Translations under genes and position numbers: made by a program
Notes under the pieces: generated by a model
Told to the model about the DNA's origin: nothing
What the model saw: only the letters and a program-made list of their open reading frames with translations
Databases searched by the model: none
Shown here: positions 35,448 to 44,957 of the stretch, one piece after another
How positions within the stretch are numbered: position 1 is the stretch's first letter
Layout of the letters: every line of letters begins with the position of its first letter
Assembly: GCA_963748015.1 (NCBI GenBank)
Contig: CAVVHE010000008.1
Location: forward strand, 670,070-734,069
DNA length: 64,000 nt
Direction of reading: 5' to 3'
DNA from: Terriglobia bacterium
Lineage (GTDB): Bacteria > Acidobacteriota > Polarisedimenticolia > Polarisedimenticolales > JAIQFR01

Positions 35448-36698
35448 ATGCCCAAGGCGGCGCTGCTCATCGTCGGCTCGGAGATGCTCGATCCCCGGCG
35501 GCCGGACGCGAACGGTCCCCTGGCGCGCGAGCGCCTCGCGGAGCTCGGGATCCCGCTGTCGCAGGTCGTTCGCGTGGAGGATCGCGAGGAGTCGATCGCC
35601 GCCGCCCTCCGCGCGGCCCTCGAGACGTCGGACGTCGTGATCGCCTCGGGGGGGCTCGGCCCGACAGGGGACGACCTGACCCGGCAGGGCGTCGCCCGGC
35701 TCCTCGGTCGTGGGGTCGCTGCCGACGGGCCCTGGCTCCTGGAGCTGACGCGGCGGGTCGAGGCGCGCGGCCGGCCGCTCACCGAGGCGGGGCGCCGCCA
35801 GGCGCTGGTCGTCGAGGGGGCGGAGCCGATCCCGAATCCGCGGGGCCTCGCCTGCGGCTCGTTCCTCGAGATCGAGGGGAAGGTGATCGCGCTCCTCCCC
35901 GGGGTCGTCCCCGAGTTCGCGGGGATGCTCGAGGGGTTCGTCCTCCCCCGCCTCGCGGCGCGCTTCCCCGAGCGGCCGGAAGTCCGCGTCGTGCGCGCGG
36001 TGCTCGCGGGGCTGCCCGAGGTCCACGTCGAGCCGGTGCTCGAGCCGTGGTACGCGAAGCCCGGTGTCGCCGTCTCCGTCCTTCCGGTCCTCGGGGTGCT
36101 GCGGGTCACGCTCACCTTGACCGATCCCCCCGCGGGAGCGCTCGCTCCCCTGGAGGACGAGGCGCGCCGGCGGCTCACGGCCGGCTTCGCCGGACATCTC
36201 GTGAGCCTCGACGGCGTCTCCCTCGAGGAGCGGATCGGCGAGCTGCTTCTCGAGAGGGGATGGACCCTCGCCGCGGCGGAGTCGTGCAGCGGCGGGCGCG
36301 CCGCCCACAAGATCGTCACGGTGCCCGGCGCCTCCCGCTACTTCCTGGGCGGTGTCGCGGCCTACGCGAACGAGGCGAAGCGGGACCTGCTGGGCGTTCC
36401 GGCCGAGCTGCTCGAGCGACACGGCGCGGTCAGCGAGGAGGTCGCGCTCGCGATGGCGCGCGGCGCGCTCCGCCGCTTCGGCGCCTCGTGCGCGATCTCG
36501 ATCACCGGGATCGCCGGGCCCGACGGGGGGACCGCCGAGAAGCCCGTCGGCCTCGTCCACGTGGCCGCGGCGACGCCGGAGAGCGAGAGGGGGCGCCGGG
36601 TCCTCTTCCCGCTCGATCGCGCTTCGGTGATGGAGCTCTCCGCGAACTACGCCCTGTACACGCTCTGGCAGCTCCTCTCCGGCTCGCCGCGAGGATGA
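35448..36698 (+). CDS. cinA: CinA family protein (MoCF-type N-terminal domain plus nicotinamide-nucleotide amidase PncC-like C-terminal domain)
   Basis: AALLIVGSEMLDPRRPDANGP...SGGLGPTGDDLT (MoCF/CinA N-domain). AAAESCSGG...ISITGIAGPDGG (CinA C-domain). Confidence 0.9.
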   Translation: MPKAALLIVGSEMLDPRRPDANGPLARERLAELGIPLSQVVRVEDREESIAAALRAALETSDVVIASGGLGPTGDDLTRQGVARLLGRGVAADGPWLLELTRRVEARGRPLTEAGRRQALVVEGAEPIPNPRGLACGSFLEIEGKVIALLPGVVPEFAGMLEGFVLPRLAARFPERPEVRVVRAVLAGLPEVHVEPVLEPWYAKPGVAVSVLPVLGVLRVTLTLTDPPAGALAPLEDEARRRLTAGFAGHLVSLDGVSLEERIGELLLERGWTLAAAESCSGGRAAHKIVTVPGASRYFLGGVAAYANEAKRDLLGVPAELLERHGAVSEEVALAMARGALRRFGASCAISITGIAGPDGGTAEKPVGLVHVAAATPESERGRRVLFPLDRASVMELSANYALYTLWQLLSGSPRG

Positions 36699-36747
36699 CC
36701 CGCGTCCCGTCCCGTGCCCGCGAACCCGGCCCCCGAAGCGCCGCCTT

Positions 36748-37545
36748 TCAGCTGCTCGCGGACGTGTAGCGGCCGATGGAGTGGAGCCACACGAGGCGGG
36801 CGGCCAGGGCGAAGATCGCCGAGCCGCCGAGTGCCGAGGCGAGCGTGGGCCAGGAGAGCTTGCCGAGCATGGCCAGCGCCGGGTAGGTGGTCAGGAGCGC
36901 GAGCGGGATCACGAAGGTGAAGACGATGCTCAGGAACCCGCGGAACACCGAGGACGGCCAGCGCGCCGCGTCGAAGATCGCCCCGAAGAGGAACGTCAGG
37001 TTGTCCACCCGCACGACGTAGAACGCGGCGCTCACGGTGAGGATCCAGAGCGAGTAGAGAAGCACGGTCGAGCTGGCGAGCAGCAGCGCCGCGCCGAGGA
37101 GTCCCACGAGGGAGGGCGGCCGTCCGAGAAGGTGGAACGCGTACGCGAAGATCGCCGCCGAGGTCAGGACGTTCGTCGCCTTCCACGGCTGGAAGCGCGC
37201 TGTCGAGACCAGGAACTGCGCGTCCGCGGGCTTCAAGAGGACGAAGTCCAGAGTTCCCTTGCGGATGTGCTCGACGACGCTCGTGAGGCTCGGGTTGATC
37301 GCCCCCTCGAGAATCCCCTGGAGCAGCGTGAACCAGCCGACGACCAGCAGTGCTTCGCCGAACGACCATCCCGCGATCTCCCTGCGGTCGCGGAAGACGA
37401 CGAAGAGCGGCACGAGCGCGGTCCCCGCCCACACGATCTCGAGCAGCCCCTCGGTGAAGAAGTCGAAGCGGTACTGGAGGAGCTGCAGCCCCGATGCGCG
37501 AAGCTGCACGAGCAAGAGCCTGCCGTAGCGCGCCGCCAGGCCCAT
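36748..37545 (-). CDS. ABC-2 family transporter permease
   Basis: 265 aa, 6 predicted TMs. Start at MGLAARYGRLLLVQLR. Operon partner of 37551..38357 and 38354..39367. Confidence 0.75.
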   Translation of the reverse strand: MGLAARYGRLLLVQLRASGLQLLQYRFDFFTEGLLEIVWAGTALVPLFVVFRDRREIAGWSFGEALLVVGWFTLLQGILEGAINPSLTSVVEHIRKGTLDFVLLKPADAQFLVSTARFQPWKATNVLTSAAIFAYAFHLLGRPPSLVGLLGAALLLASSTVLLYSLWILTVSAAFYVVRVDNLTFLFGAIFDAARWPSSVFRGFLSIVFTFVIPLALLTTYPALAMLGKLSWPTLASALGGSAIFALAARLVWLHSIGRYTSASS

Positions 37546-37550
37546 CAGCC

Positions 37551-38357
37551 TCAGCCCCCGTACGCGGCGAACTTCTTCAGGCCGCCCTTCCAGAGCGCGA
37601 CCGCCGCGACGCCGCAGCCGCCCACCCAGAGCCACTGCCGTGCGAGCATCGCGAGGGCCTCCCCCCGCCCGTGCGCCGAGGTCATGATCTCGACGGGAAG
37701 ACCGATCTGGTACCGGAAGGGGAGCCAGTCGGCGAGCGCACGGACCCCGGGGGGAAAGAGCTCGATCGGGATCATGTACCCGCTGAAGACGAAGAACAGC
37801 GCGAGCCAGAGCTCCATCGCGTGGATGCTGCTCTCGAGGTAGAACGCGAGGCAGCCCATCGCGAACCCCGCGAGGTACCCGATCAGCCACGCTCCCACCA
37901 TCGCCGCGCACCACGTCGCCCAGAGAGCCGGGTCGCGCGGGAGAGGCGAGGAGCCGACCGTCGCGAGCGCGACGACCGCGACGGGGATCGCGACCACGAG
38001 CCTCATGGGCTGCGCCGCGAGGTTCTGCGCGGCGAAGGCGAGCATCGGGTGGACGGGGCGCAGGAGGCGCAGCGCGAGCGTTCCCTGCCGGATCTCGTAG
38101 TTCATCTCCCACGAGACCCAGGACGACGTCAGCTGGCGCACGATGAACGTCGCGAGGAAGTACGCGGCGAACTCCTTCTCCCCGAAGCGCTGCACCGGCC
38201 CGTCGCGGGCGACGGCGCTCCAGAGGGCCAGCATGATGAGCGGCATCGTCGTGGAGAGGATCCAGACGAGGAACTCGGCCCGGTACGCGACCGCCTCGGC
38301 GAAGCCGACCTTGAGGAGCGTCGGCAGGGCGCGCGCGGACGCGCCGGGGCGGATCAT
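37551..38357 (-). CDS. ABC-2 family transporter permease
   Basis: 268 aa, 6 predicted TMs. Start at MIRPGASARALPTLLKVGFAEAVAYR. The ATG overlaps the ATPase stop (ATGA). Confidence 0.75.
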   Translation of the reverse strand: MIRPGASARALPTLLKVGFAEAVAYRAEFLVWILSTTMPLIMLALWSAVARDGPVQRFGEKEFAAYFLATFIVRQLTSSWVSWEMNYEIRQGTLALRLLRPVHPMLAFAAQNLAAQPMRLVVAIPVAVVALATVGSSPLPRDPALWATWCAAMVGAWLIGYLAGFAMGCLAFYLESSIHAMELWLALFFVFSGYMIPIELFPPGVRALADWLPFRYQIGLPVEIMTSAHGRGEALAMLARQWLWVGGCGVAAVALWKGGLKKFAAYGG

Positions 38358-39367
38358 GGTTCCTTCGCGGACGCCGCGGCCTCGGCCTCCCTCGCCGCGC
38401 GGCTCCGGGAGAACAGCTCGCTCATCACCTCCTCGAGCGGGGCGTTCTCCACCGTGAGGTCCTTCACCGGAAGCGACGCGAGCGCCCGGGTCACGATCGC
38501 GCTCACCGCGTCCTGGTGGACCTGCAGCACCGCCTCGGCCGGGCCGAGGGAAACGACGTTGCCGAGCGAGGCGAGGTCGGCCCGCTCCACCGGCCGCTCG
38601 AGGTGGAGCGCGATGCGCTTCTCCGGCCGCACGCGTCGCACCAGCTCGTCGAGCCTTCCGTCGTACGACAGCGTTCCCTTGTCGATGACGACGACCCGGG
38701 GACACAGGGCGGCCACGTCGTCCATGTAGTGGCTCGTCAGGAGGATCGTCGCGCCGTTCCGCTCGTTGTACCGGCGGATGAACGCGCGAATCGTCGCCTG
38801 CATCGACACGTCGAGGCCGATGGTCGGCTCGTCGAGGAAGAGCACCTTCGGGCCGTGAACGAGCGCGGCCGCCAGCTCGCACTTCATCCGCTCGCCGAGC
38901 GAGAGCTGGCGCGTGGGCTTGGTGAGCAGGCCGCCGAGCTCCAGGAGCTCGGAGAGCTCCCTGACCCTCTCCCGGAACAGCGCGCGGGGGACGTCGAAGA
39001 CCGCCCGGTTCAGCTCGAGGGTCTCGGCGGGCGGCAGGTCCCACAGGAGCTGCTGCTTCTGCCCCATGACGAGCGTGATCTTCTTGAGGAATTCGGTCTC
39101 GCGGCGCCGGGGAACGTGGCCGTCCACCCTGGCCTCGCCTCCGCTCGGGTGAAGGAGCCCCGACAGGACCTTCAGCGTCGTCGTCTTCCCCGCGCCGTTG
39201 GGCCCCAGGAAGCCGACACGCTCCCCCGGGGCGACGTCGAACGTCACCCCGTCCACCGCCTTGACCGTCGTGGTGGCCCGCCGGAACAGCGAGCGCACGG
39301 CGGCTTTCATCCCCGGCTCGCGCCGGTGGACCTCGTAGAACTTTCGCAGGTCCCGTACTTCGATCAT
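38354..39367 (-). CDS. ABC transporter ATP-binding protein
   Basis: Walker A GPNGAGKTT, signature LSLGERMKCE, Walker B VLFLDEPTIGLD, H-loop TSHYM, and a ~100-aa C-terminal extension. Confidence 0.9.
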   Translation of the reverse strand: MIEVRDLRKFYEVHRREPGMKAAVRSLFRRATTTVKAVDGVTFDVAPGERVGFLGPNGAGKTTTLKVLSGLLHPSGGEARVDGHVPRRRETEFLKKITLVMGQKQQLLWDLPPAETLELNRAVFDVPRALFRERVRELSELLELGGLLTKPTRQLSLGERMKCELAAALVHGPKVLFLDEPTIGLDVSMQATIRAFIRRYNERNGATILLTSHYMDDVAALCPRVVVIDKGTLSYDGRLDELVRRVRPEKRIALHLERPVERADLASLGNVVSLGPAEAVLQVHQDAVSAIVTRALASLPVKDLTVENAPLEEVMSELFSRSRAAREAEAAASAKEP

Positions 39368-39410
39368 GGCCGAACGGAGAGTATAACGAGAGGGGAGGCG
39401 GCCGCCCCGC

Positions 39411-39845
39411 CTACCTCGGACCGGTCCGGCCTCGCCGCGGCTTGCGCCCGGCGGCGCCCCTGCTCTCGCCGGGAACCCACCGGTAGCGGCCGAGGTCGAG
39501 CGTCCCGTTCGGCTTGAACTCGATCCCCTCCGCCTCGAGCATGGCGCGCTGGAGCCCGGGGGGGATGTCGGGAAGCCGCTCGGTGGAGCACCCGCCGGAG
39601 GCGTTGACCACGCGCTGCCACGGGACGTCCTCCGGGCAGCCGTGCATCGCCCAACCGACGGCCCTCGGCGAGAGGCGGTTCTCGATGAGCGTGGCGATCT
39701 GGCCGTAGGTCATCACGCGGCCGCGGGGGATCCGGCGCGCGACGGCGAAGACCGCCTGCCAGGCGTTGGACCTCCCGCCGCGGACGTCGCCGTGGACGCG
39801 CGCCGACGCGGCGAGAAGGGCTCGTGGAGGACGCGTGCGAGGCAT
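39411..39845 (-). CDS. MGMT-family DNA-binding protein lacking the catalytic Cys (alkyltransferase-like, ATL)
   Basis: RIPRGRVMTYGQIA...SPRAVGWAM...VPWQRVVNASG. The PCHRV active-site Cys position is occupied by Trp, as in ATL proteins. Confidence 0.75.
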   Translation of the reverse strand: MPRTRPPRALLAASARVHGDVRGGRSNAWQAVFAVARRIPRGRVMTYGQIATLIENRLSPRAVGWAMHGCPEDVPWQRVVNASGGCSTERLPDIPPGLQRAMLEAEGIEFKPNGTLDLGRYRWVPGESRGAAGRKPRRGRTGPR

Positions 39846-39917
39846 GGTTCGCCCCCATGATACCCGCACCCCACCCCCCGCGCCCTGCGGTATCCTCGTG
39901 CCAACCAGGAGGTAGCG

Positions 39918-41723
39918 ATGACGGAGAAGGGTGGCACGGAAGCGGCGCCGCGGAGGGAGTGGGGGCGGCGCTCGGTGTTGAAGGCGATCTCGGCGGCCGG
40001 GATCGGCTCCGCGGTCTTCTCTCGCGCGCTCGAGGCGCTCGCGCAGGGGCCGAACGGTCCGAAGGTGACCCCGGAGATGCTCCAGCAGGCGGAGTGGATC
40101 TCGGGGGTCAAGCTGACGGACGAGCAGCGCAAGCTGATGCTCGAGGGGGCGGGGCAGCAGCTCGGGGACTTCGCGAAGCTCCGCGCCGTCCCCCTCGACA
40201 ACGGCGTGCCGCCGGCGCTGCTGTTCGACCCCTCGCCGTTCGATCTCGCGGTGGCGCCCGGACCCCTCGACCTGCCCGAGCAGGAGGGGCCCGACGAGCC
40301 GGATTCGTGGGACGACCTCGCGTTCGCGCCGGTCACCGAGCTGGCGGCGCACCTCCGCAGCCGCCAGGTGTCGTCGGTCGAGCTGACCCGGACCTACCTC
40401 GACAGGATCTCCCGCTTCGGCAAGACGCTGTCCTGCTTCGTGAGCGTCCTCGAGGAGCCCGCGCTGAAGCAGGCCGAGAAGGCGGACCGCGAGATCGCCG
40501 CCGGACGCTACCGCGGGCCGCTGCACGGGATCCCGTGGGGCGTCAAGGACCTCTTCTCGGTGCCCGGCACCAAGACGACGTGGGGAGCGGCGCCGTTCAA
40601 GGACCAGACCCGGCACGAGCGGGCCACGGTGGTCGCGCGCCTCGACGAGGCCGGCGCGGTGCTCGTCGGCAAGACGAGCGTCGGAGAGCTGGCCTGGGGG
40701 GACACCTGGTTCGGCGGCGTCGCCAAGAACCCGTGGAAGACCGACCAGGGCTCGAGCGGCTCCTCGGCCGGCTCCGCCTCGGCGACGGCCGCGGGGCTGG
40801 TGGGGTTCGCCATCGGCACGGAGACGTGGGGGAGCATCGTGTCGCCGTGCACGCGCTGCGGGGCCAGCGGGCTCCGGCCGACATTCGGCCGGGTCAGCCG
40901 CTACGGCGCGATGGCGCTCGCGTGGAGCATGGACAAGGTCGGCCCGATCGCTCGCTCGGTCGAGGATTGCGCGATCGCCTTCCACGCCATCCAGGGTTCG
41001 GACGGGCTCGACGCGACGGCCGTGGACCGGCCCTTCGACTGGCGGCCGAGGCGCGACCTGCGCACGCTCAGGATCGGCGTGGCCGAGTCGCTGTTCGACG
41101 AGGACTACACGAAGTGGGCGGACAAGGACGACGAGAAGCCCGGCTTCAAGGAGTGGAAGGAGATCGATCGCGCGACCCTCGCGACGCTCGAGGAGCTGGG
41201 TCTCGAGCTCAAGCCGGTGAAGTTCCCCGACGCCCTTCCCGTGGGCGCGCTGTCGCTCATCCTCTCCGCGGAGGCCGCGACCGCGTTCGACGAGTTGACC
41301 CGGTCCGGGCGCGACGCGCAGCTCGTCCGGCAGGTCGCCGACGCCTGGCCGACGGTGTTCCGCCTCGGCCAGACTATTCCGGCGGTGGAGTACATCCGCG
41401 CGAACCGCGTCCGGACCCTGGTCATGCGAGAGACGGCAAAGCTCATGGAGGACTTCGACGTGATCGTCGTGCCGAGCTTCGGCGGAGACGTGCTGCTCCG
41501 CACGAACCTGACGGGGCACCCCGCGGTCGTCGTCCCGAACGGCTTCCGCCGCTCGGACGGGACCCCGACGAGCATCACCTTCCTGGGCCGGTTGTGGGGA
41601 GAGTCCGAGGCGCTGCAGCTGGCGGCGGCGTTCCAGGAAGCGACGGACTTCCACCTCCTCCGCCCGCCGCGCTTCGCGCCCGGCGAGGAGCCGGGCGAGC
41701 CCGAGGGGCAAATCCGGAGCTGA
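39918..41723 (+). CDS. Amidase-signature family enzyme with Tat signal
   Basis: AGGAGG-N7-ATG. RRSVLKAISAAGIGSAVF twin-arginine leader. GIPWGVKD, GSSGSSAGSASATAAG...GTETWGSIVSPC (amidase signature). Confidence 0.85.
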   Translation: MTEKGGTEAAPRREWGRRSVLKAISAAGIGSAVFSRALEALAQGPNGPKVTPEMLQQAEWISGVKLTDEQRKLMLEGAGQQLGDFAKLRAVPLDNGVPPALLFDPSPFDLAVAPGPLDLPEQEGPDEPDSWDDLAFAPVTELAAHLRSRQVSSVELTRTYLDRISRFGKTLSCFVSVLEEPALKQAEKADREIAAGRYRGPLHGIPWGVKDLFSVPGTKTTWGAAPFKDQTRHERATVVARLDEAGAVLVGKTSVGELAWGDTWFGGVAKNPWKTDQGSSGSSAGSASATAAGLVGFAIGTETWGSIVSPCTRCGASGLRPTFGRVSRYGAMALAWSMDKVGPIARSVEDCAIAFHAIQGSDGLDATAVDRPFDWRPRRDLRTLRIGVAESLFDEDYTKWADKDDEKPGFKEWKEIDRATLATLEELGLELKPVKFPDALPVGALSLILSAEAATAFDELTRSGRDAQLVRQVADAWPTVFRLGQTIPAVEYIRANRVRTLVMRETAKLMEDFDVIVVPSFGGDVLLRTNLTGHPAVVVPNGFRRSDGTPTSITFLGRLWGESEALQLAAAFQEATDFHLLRPPRFAPGEEPGEPEGQIRS

Positions 41724-41758
41724 ACGCCAGCGCGTCGTTGTGCTGCTTGCGCGCGGGG

Positions 41759-41920
41759 GCCGGGGGTCCGCCTCCGGGGCCGCCCCCCGCGGCACGCTGC
41801 GGCGATGCGCGGCGAACTTCGCCGCGCCACCTTGCTCCGCTCTTCGCTCGGCCGTCCGAGGAAGAGACGGCCTCGCGAAGAGAGGGCCGCGGGGGGCGGC
41901 CCCGGATGCGGACCCCCGGC
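41759..41920. repeat. 162-bp element bounded by 35-bp inverted repeats (1 mismatch) with internal hairpins
   Basis: Left arm 41759-41793 GCCGGGGGTCCGCCTCCGGGGCCGCCCCCCGCGGC. Right arm 41886-41920 is its reverse complement except one base. The interior contains GCGCGGCGAA/TTCGCCGCGC and CTCTTCGC..GGCCGTC...GACGGCC..GCGAAGAG hairpins. It sits between convergent gene ends. Confidence 0.8.
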
Positions 41921-41963
41921 GTGGCCGTCGCGGATCGAGTGCGCTCGATTCTCTCCGGACGGG

Positions 41964-42803
41964 TCAGCCGGCGGCGACGGAGCCCTTTCCGCCCAGAAGC
42001 TGCTTCGCGGCCGCGACGAGGAGGAGCGCGGCGCCGAAGGTGGCGACGATCGTCGCGCCGGTCGGGAGGTCGAGGAGGAACGAGAGCGCGACGCCTCCCG
42101 CCGAGACCGCGGCGCCCATCGCCCAGCCGATGGCGAGACGGACGCCGAGGCGGGTCGAGAAGAGCATGGCGGTCACCGACGGGACGATGAGGAAGCAGAA
42201 CACCAGCAGCACGCCGGCGATCGCGACCGACGACGTCACCACGAAGCCGAACGAGACGTAGAACAGGAAGTCCCAGAAGCGGATGCTGATGCCGCGCCGC
42301 TCGGCCTCGGCCTGGTCCATGGAGATCAGCAGGAATCGCTCGCGGAAGGCATAGTGGAAAGCCCCGACGATCGCGTAGAGGACCGCGGTCTTCGCCAGCT
42401 CGGGCCAGGTCACGGAGAGGATGTTCCCCACGAGCATGTCCTTGAGGTGCTCCGTCTCCGCACTCGCCTTGGACATGACGAGGATCGCCACCGCGGCGGA
42501 CACCGCGTAGACGATCCCGATGATCGCCTCCTGCGGGATGCGCGTCTTCCGGTGCACGCGGGTGACCGCGAAGATCGCCGCCCCGATGAAGGTGAAGCCG
42601 AGCGACCAGATCCATGCCTGGTCGGAGTGCAGGTCGTGGCCCGCGAGGTAGGCGACGGTGGTGCCGAGCGCCGCGATCTGGGCCAGCGACAGGTCCACGA
42701 AGATCACCCCGCGCTCCACCACGTGGACGCCGAGGTAGGCGTGGATCCCGGTCAGGATCAGGCTCGCCACGAACGCCGGCAGGAGGATCTCCAGGACGGT
42801 CAT
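41964..42803 (-). CDS. Metal (Zn/Mn-type) ABC transporter permease, ZnuB/TroC family
   Basis: 279 aa, about 8 TMs. MTVLEILLPAFVASLILTGIHAYLGVHVVERGVIFVDLSLAQIAALG is typical of ABC-3 permeases. The ATG overlaps the upstream binding-protein stop. Confidence 0.85.
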   Translation of the reverse strand: MTVLEILLPAFVASLILTGIHAYLGVHVVERGVIFVDLSLAQIAALGTTVAYLAGHDLHSDQAWIWSLGFTFIGAAIFAVTRVHRKTRIPQEAIIGIVYAVSAAVAILVMSKASAETEHLKDMLVGNILSVTWPELAKTAVLYAIVGAFHYAFRERFLLISMDQAEAERRGISIRFWDFLFYVSFGFVVTSSVAIAGVLLVFCFLIVPSVTAMLFSTRLGVRLAIGWAMGAAVSAGGVALSFLLDLPTGATIVATFGAALLLVAAAKQLLGGKGSVAAG

Positions 42804-43717
42804 GCGCCCTCCTTCATCGCCGCGACGAACGCGTCGAGGTCGCGGTCGAAGATCGAGAAGTAGTCGCCGATCTCCTTCGTGCCGCCCACCGACGGGTAGA
42901 ACACCAGGACCTTGGCGCCGGTCTTGTCCGCGATGAACCGGGGGGTCTTCAGATCGAAGTACGGCTCGACGAGGATGACGCGGATCTTCTCGCGCTGGAT
43001 CAGGTTGATGATGTCGAGGGTGTGCGTGGGGCTCGGCGGGATGCCCGGCTTCGGCTCGACCTGGCCCGCGACTTCCAGCTTGAAGTACTTCGCGAAATTC
43101 GGCCAGGAGTCGTGGAACGTGACGACCTTCGTCCCCGCGTACGGCGCCATCTTCGCCGCCCACTCCTTCTCCTTGGCGGTCAGCTTGCTCTCGAACGCGG
43201 CAAGGCCCGCGGCGTAGGCGGCCGAGCCCGCGGGGTCGAGCGCCGACAGCCGCGCCGCGACGGCGCGCGCGATCACGCGTCCGTTCGACGGGTCTGTCCA
43301 GTAGTGCGGATTGCCGTACGGGTGGACGTCCCCCATCGCGCGCGTCACCTGGATGGCCGGGCGCTGCAGGATGTCGCAGCCGACGGAGGCGTCGAGGTAG
43401 CCGGGCCCGCCGGGATGGATCTTGTCGTTGCGGCTCTGGTCGAGCAGCGGCGGCAGGTAGCCGATCTCGAGCTCGAGGCCGGCGACGACGAGGAGGTCCG
43501 CCCGCGAGAGCTGCAGGATGAAGGACGGCTTCGCGTCCACGAAGTGCGGGTCCTGGTACCCCCGCGCGAGGGCGAACGTCTCGACGCGGTCCCCCCCGAT
43601 CGACTGCGCGATCGACGCGAGATCCTCGAGGGTGGTGACGACGCGGACCTTGGCGAACGCGGCGCCGGAAAGGACGGCGCCGAGCGCAGCGGCGAGAGCG
43701 ATTCTCGAGAGATTCAT
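42800..43717 (-). CDS. Metal ABC transporter substrate-binding protein (ZnuA/TroA cluster 9 family)
   Basis: GGAGG-N7-ATG at 43717. Signal peptide MNLSRIALAAALGAVLSGAAFA. Metal-ligand blocks DPHF, HPYGNPHYW, FHDSW. Confidence 0.85.
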   Translation of the reverse strand: MNLSRIALAAALGAVLSGAAFAKVRVVTTLEDLASIAQSIGGDRVETFALARGYQDPHFVDAKPSFILQLSRADLLVVAGLELEIGYLPPLLDQSRNDKIHPGGPGYLDASVGCDILQRPAIQVTRAMGDVHPYGNPHYWTDPSNGRVIARAVAARLSALDPAGSAAYAAGLAAFESKLTAKEKEWAAKMAPYAGTKVVTFHDSWPNFAKYFKLEVAGQVEPKPGIPPSPTHTLDIINLIQREKIRVILVEPYFDLKTPRFIADKTGAKVLVFYPSVGGTKEIGDYFSIFDRDLDAFVAAMKEGA

Positions 43718-43727
43718 GGCAGCCTCC

Positions 43728-44810
43728 TCAGAAGGTGTGGGCGCCGTGCGCACCGATGGCGAACTGGAGCTGGAGCAGGAGCTCGTCGGCGGTCTCGCCG
43801 TTGGCGTAACTGCGCCTGCGAAGCTCGCCCCGGAGGCGCGAGTACTCGCTCGGGCAGAACGTCAGCAGCGCGGCCGCCCCGCTGTCGTGCAATGAGTCGT
43901 CGTCCGCGTGCTCGGAGCGCTCGAAGCGCGCCCCGACGAGCCACCGCTTCGCGAACTGGTACTCCCCCGACAGCAGCCAGCCGGTCGCGGTCGCGCTCCC
44001 CGCCGCCAGTTCCTTCCGGCTCCCGATGAGCTCCGCGCGGACCATCGCCGACCGGTACGTCGCGGTCCGGAGCGGCTTCCACCGGAGCGTCACGTCCAGC
44101 GAGGAGAGACGGGTCTTCGAGGTCTCCGTGAGCCCATTGGGGCCGAGGCCGTAGGACAGGCCGAAGTCGAGGTTCGTCGCCTCGGTGAGGTCGCTGAAGA
44201 TCCTGTAGTGGCCGTTGTACGCCACTTCGCGCCGGCCCGGCGGCACCAGGAAGAGCTCGCCGGAGTCCCCGTTGAAGACCTGCAGGGTCGCCTCGGAGAA
44301 GACGTCGCCGGGGAGCGGGATCAGCTTCGCGACGGACAGGCCGTCCCCGATCCAGCCTTCCTCTCCCCCGAGGAGATTCGCGAGCGGGAGGGGCTCGTCG
44401 GCCCAGGGCAGGACGTGGAGGTGGAGCGTGTTGATCTTGCCGAACGTCGCGCGCATGCGCCCGACCTTCACGAGGAGGCCCCAGGGGAGCGAGGTGAAGG
44501 TGGCGTATCCTTCCTCCACGTCCACCCCCTGGTCCGAGAAGGACAGGAAGATGTCGGCTCGCGCGTACGGGTCCACGACCGCCGAGAGACCCAGCTCCAG
44601 CTCGCGCAGGCTCAATGCCGGGAGGTCCTCGGTGTCGTTGGCGCCCACCACGCCGAGAAAGTCGCCGATCAGGGAGATGCTCGGGTTGAAGTAGTTCGAG
44701 CCCTGCTGCGGCACGGCCGCCGGGGGCGGAGGCGCCTGCGGCGGGTCATCCGCGAGCGCGAGTCCCGCGGCCGTCAGCAGCAGCGCGAAGATGGGAATCC
44801 GCTTGTCCAT
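43728..44810 (-). CDS. Outer-membrane beta-barrel porin-like protein, first gene of the metal-uptake operon
   Basis: Signal peptide MDKRIPIFALLLTAAGLALA. Alternating amphipathic strands, C-terminal ...FAIGAHGAHTF (terminal Phe). 10-nt gap to the binding-protein gene. Confidence 0.6.
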   Translation of the reverse strand: MDKRIPIFALLLTAAGLALADDPPQAPPPPAAVPQQGSNYFNPSISLIGDFLGVVGANDTEDLPALSLRELELGLSAVVDPYARADIFLSFSDQGVDVEEGYATFTSLPWGLLVKVGRMRATFGKINTLHLHVLPWADEPLPLANLLGGEEGWIGDGLSVAKLIPLPGDVFSEATLQVFNGDSGELFLVPPGRREVAYNGHYRIFSDLTEATNLDFGLSYGLGPNGLTETSKTRLSSLDVTLRWKPLRTATYRSAMVRAELIGSRKELAAGSATATGWLLSGEYQFAKRWLVGARFERSEHADDDSLHDSGAAALLTFCPSEYSRLRGELRRRSYANGETADELLLQLQFAIGAHGAHTF

Positions 44811-44957
44811 CCGGATGTTCCCGCTACGAGAGGACCCGAGGGGGCGCGAATCTTCATCGGATCGCGGTCGTTGCACGATGCCGTTCTCCGGAAAAAATTG
44901 AAACTACCCCCGTGCCCATGGGCTGTCAAACGGACTGTCCCGTAGAATGGGCGGCCC

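Noticed and set aside
44811-44957. Search for a Zur/Fur-type box upstream of the porin-znuA-znuB-like operon
   Set aside because: No AT-rich palindrome of the expected type is visible. The region has only short imperfect repeats, so no regulatory site is claimed.
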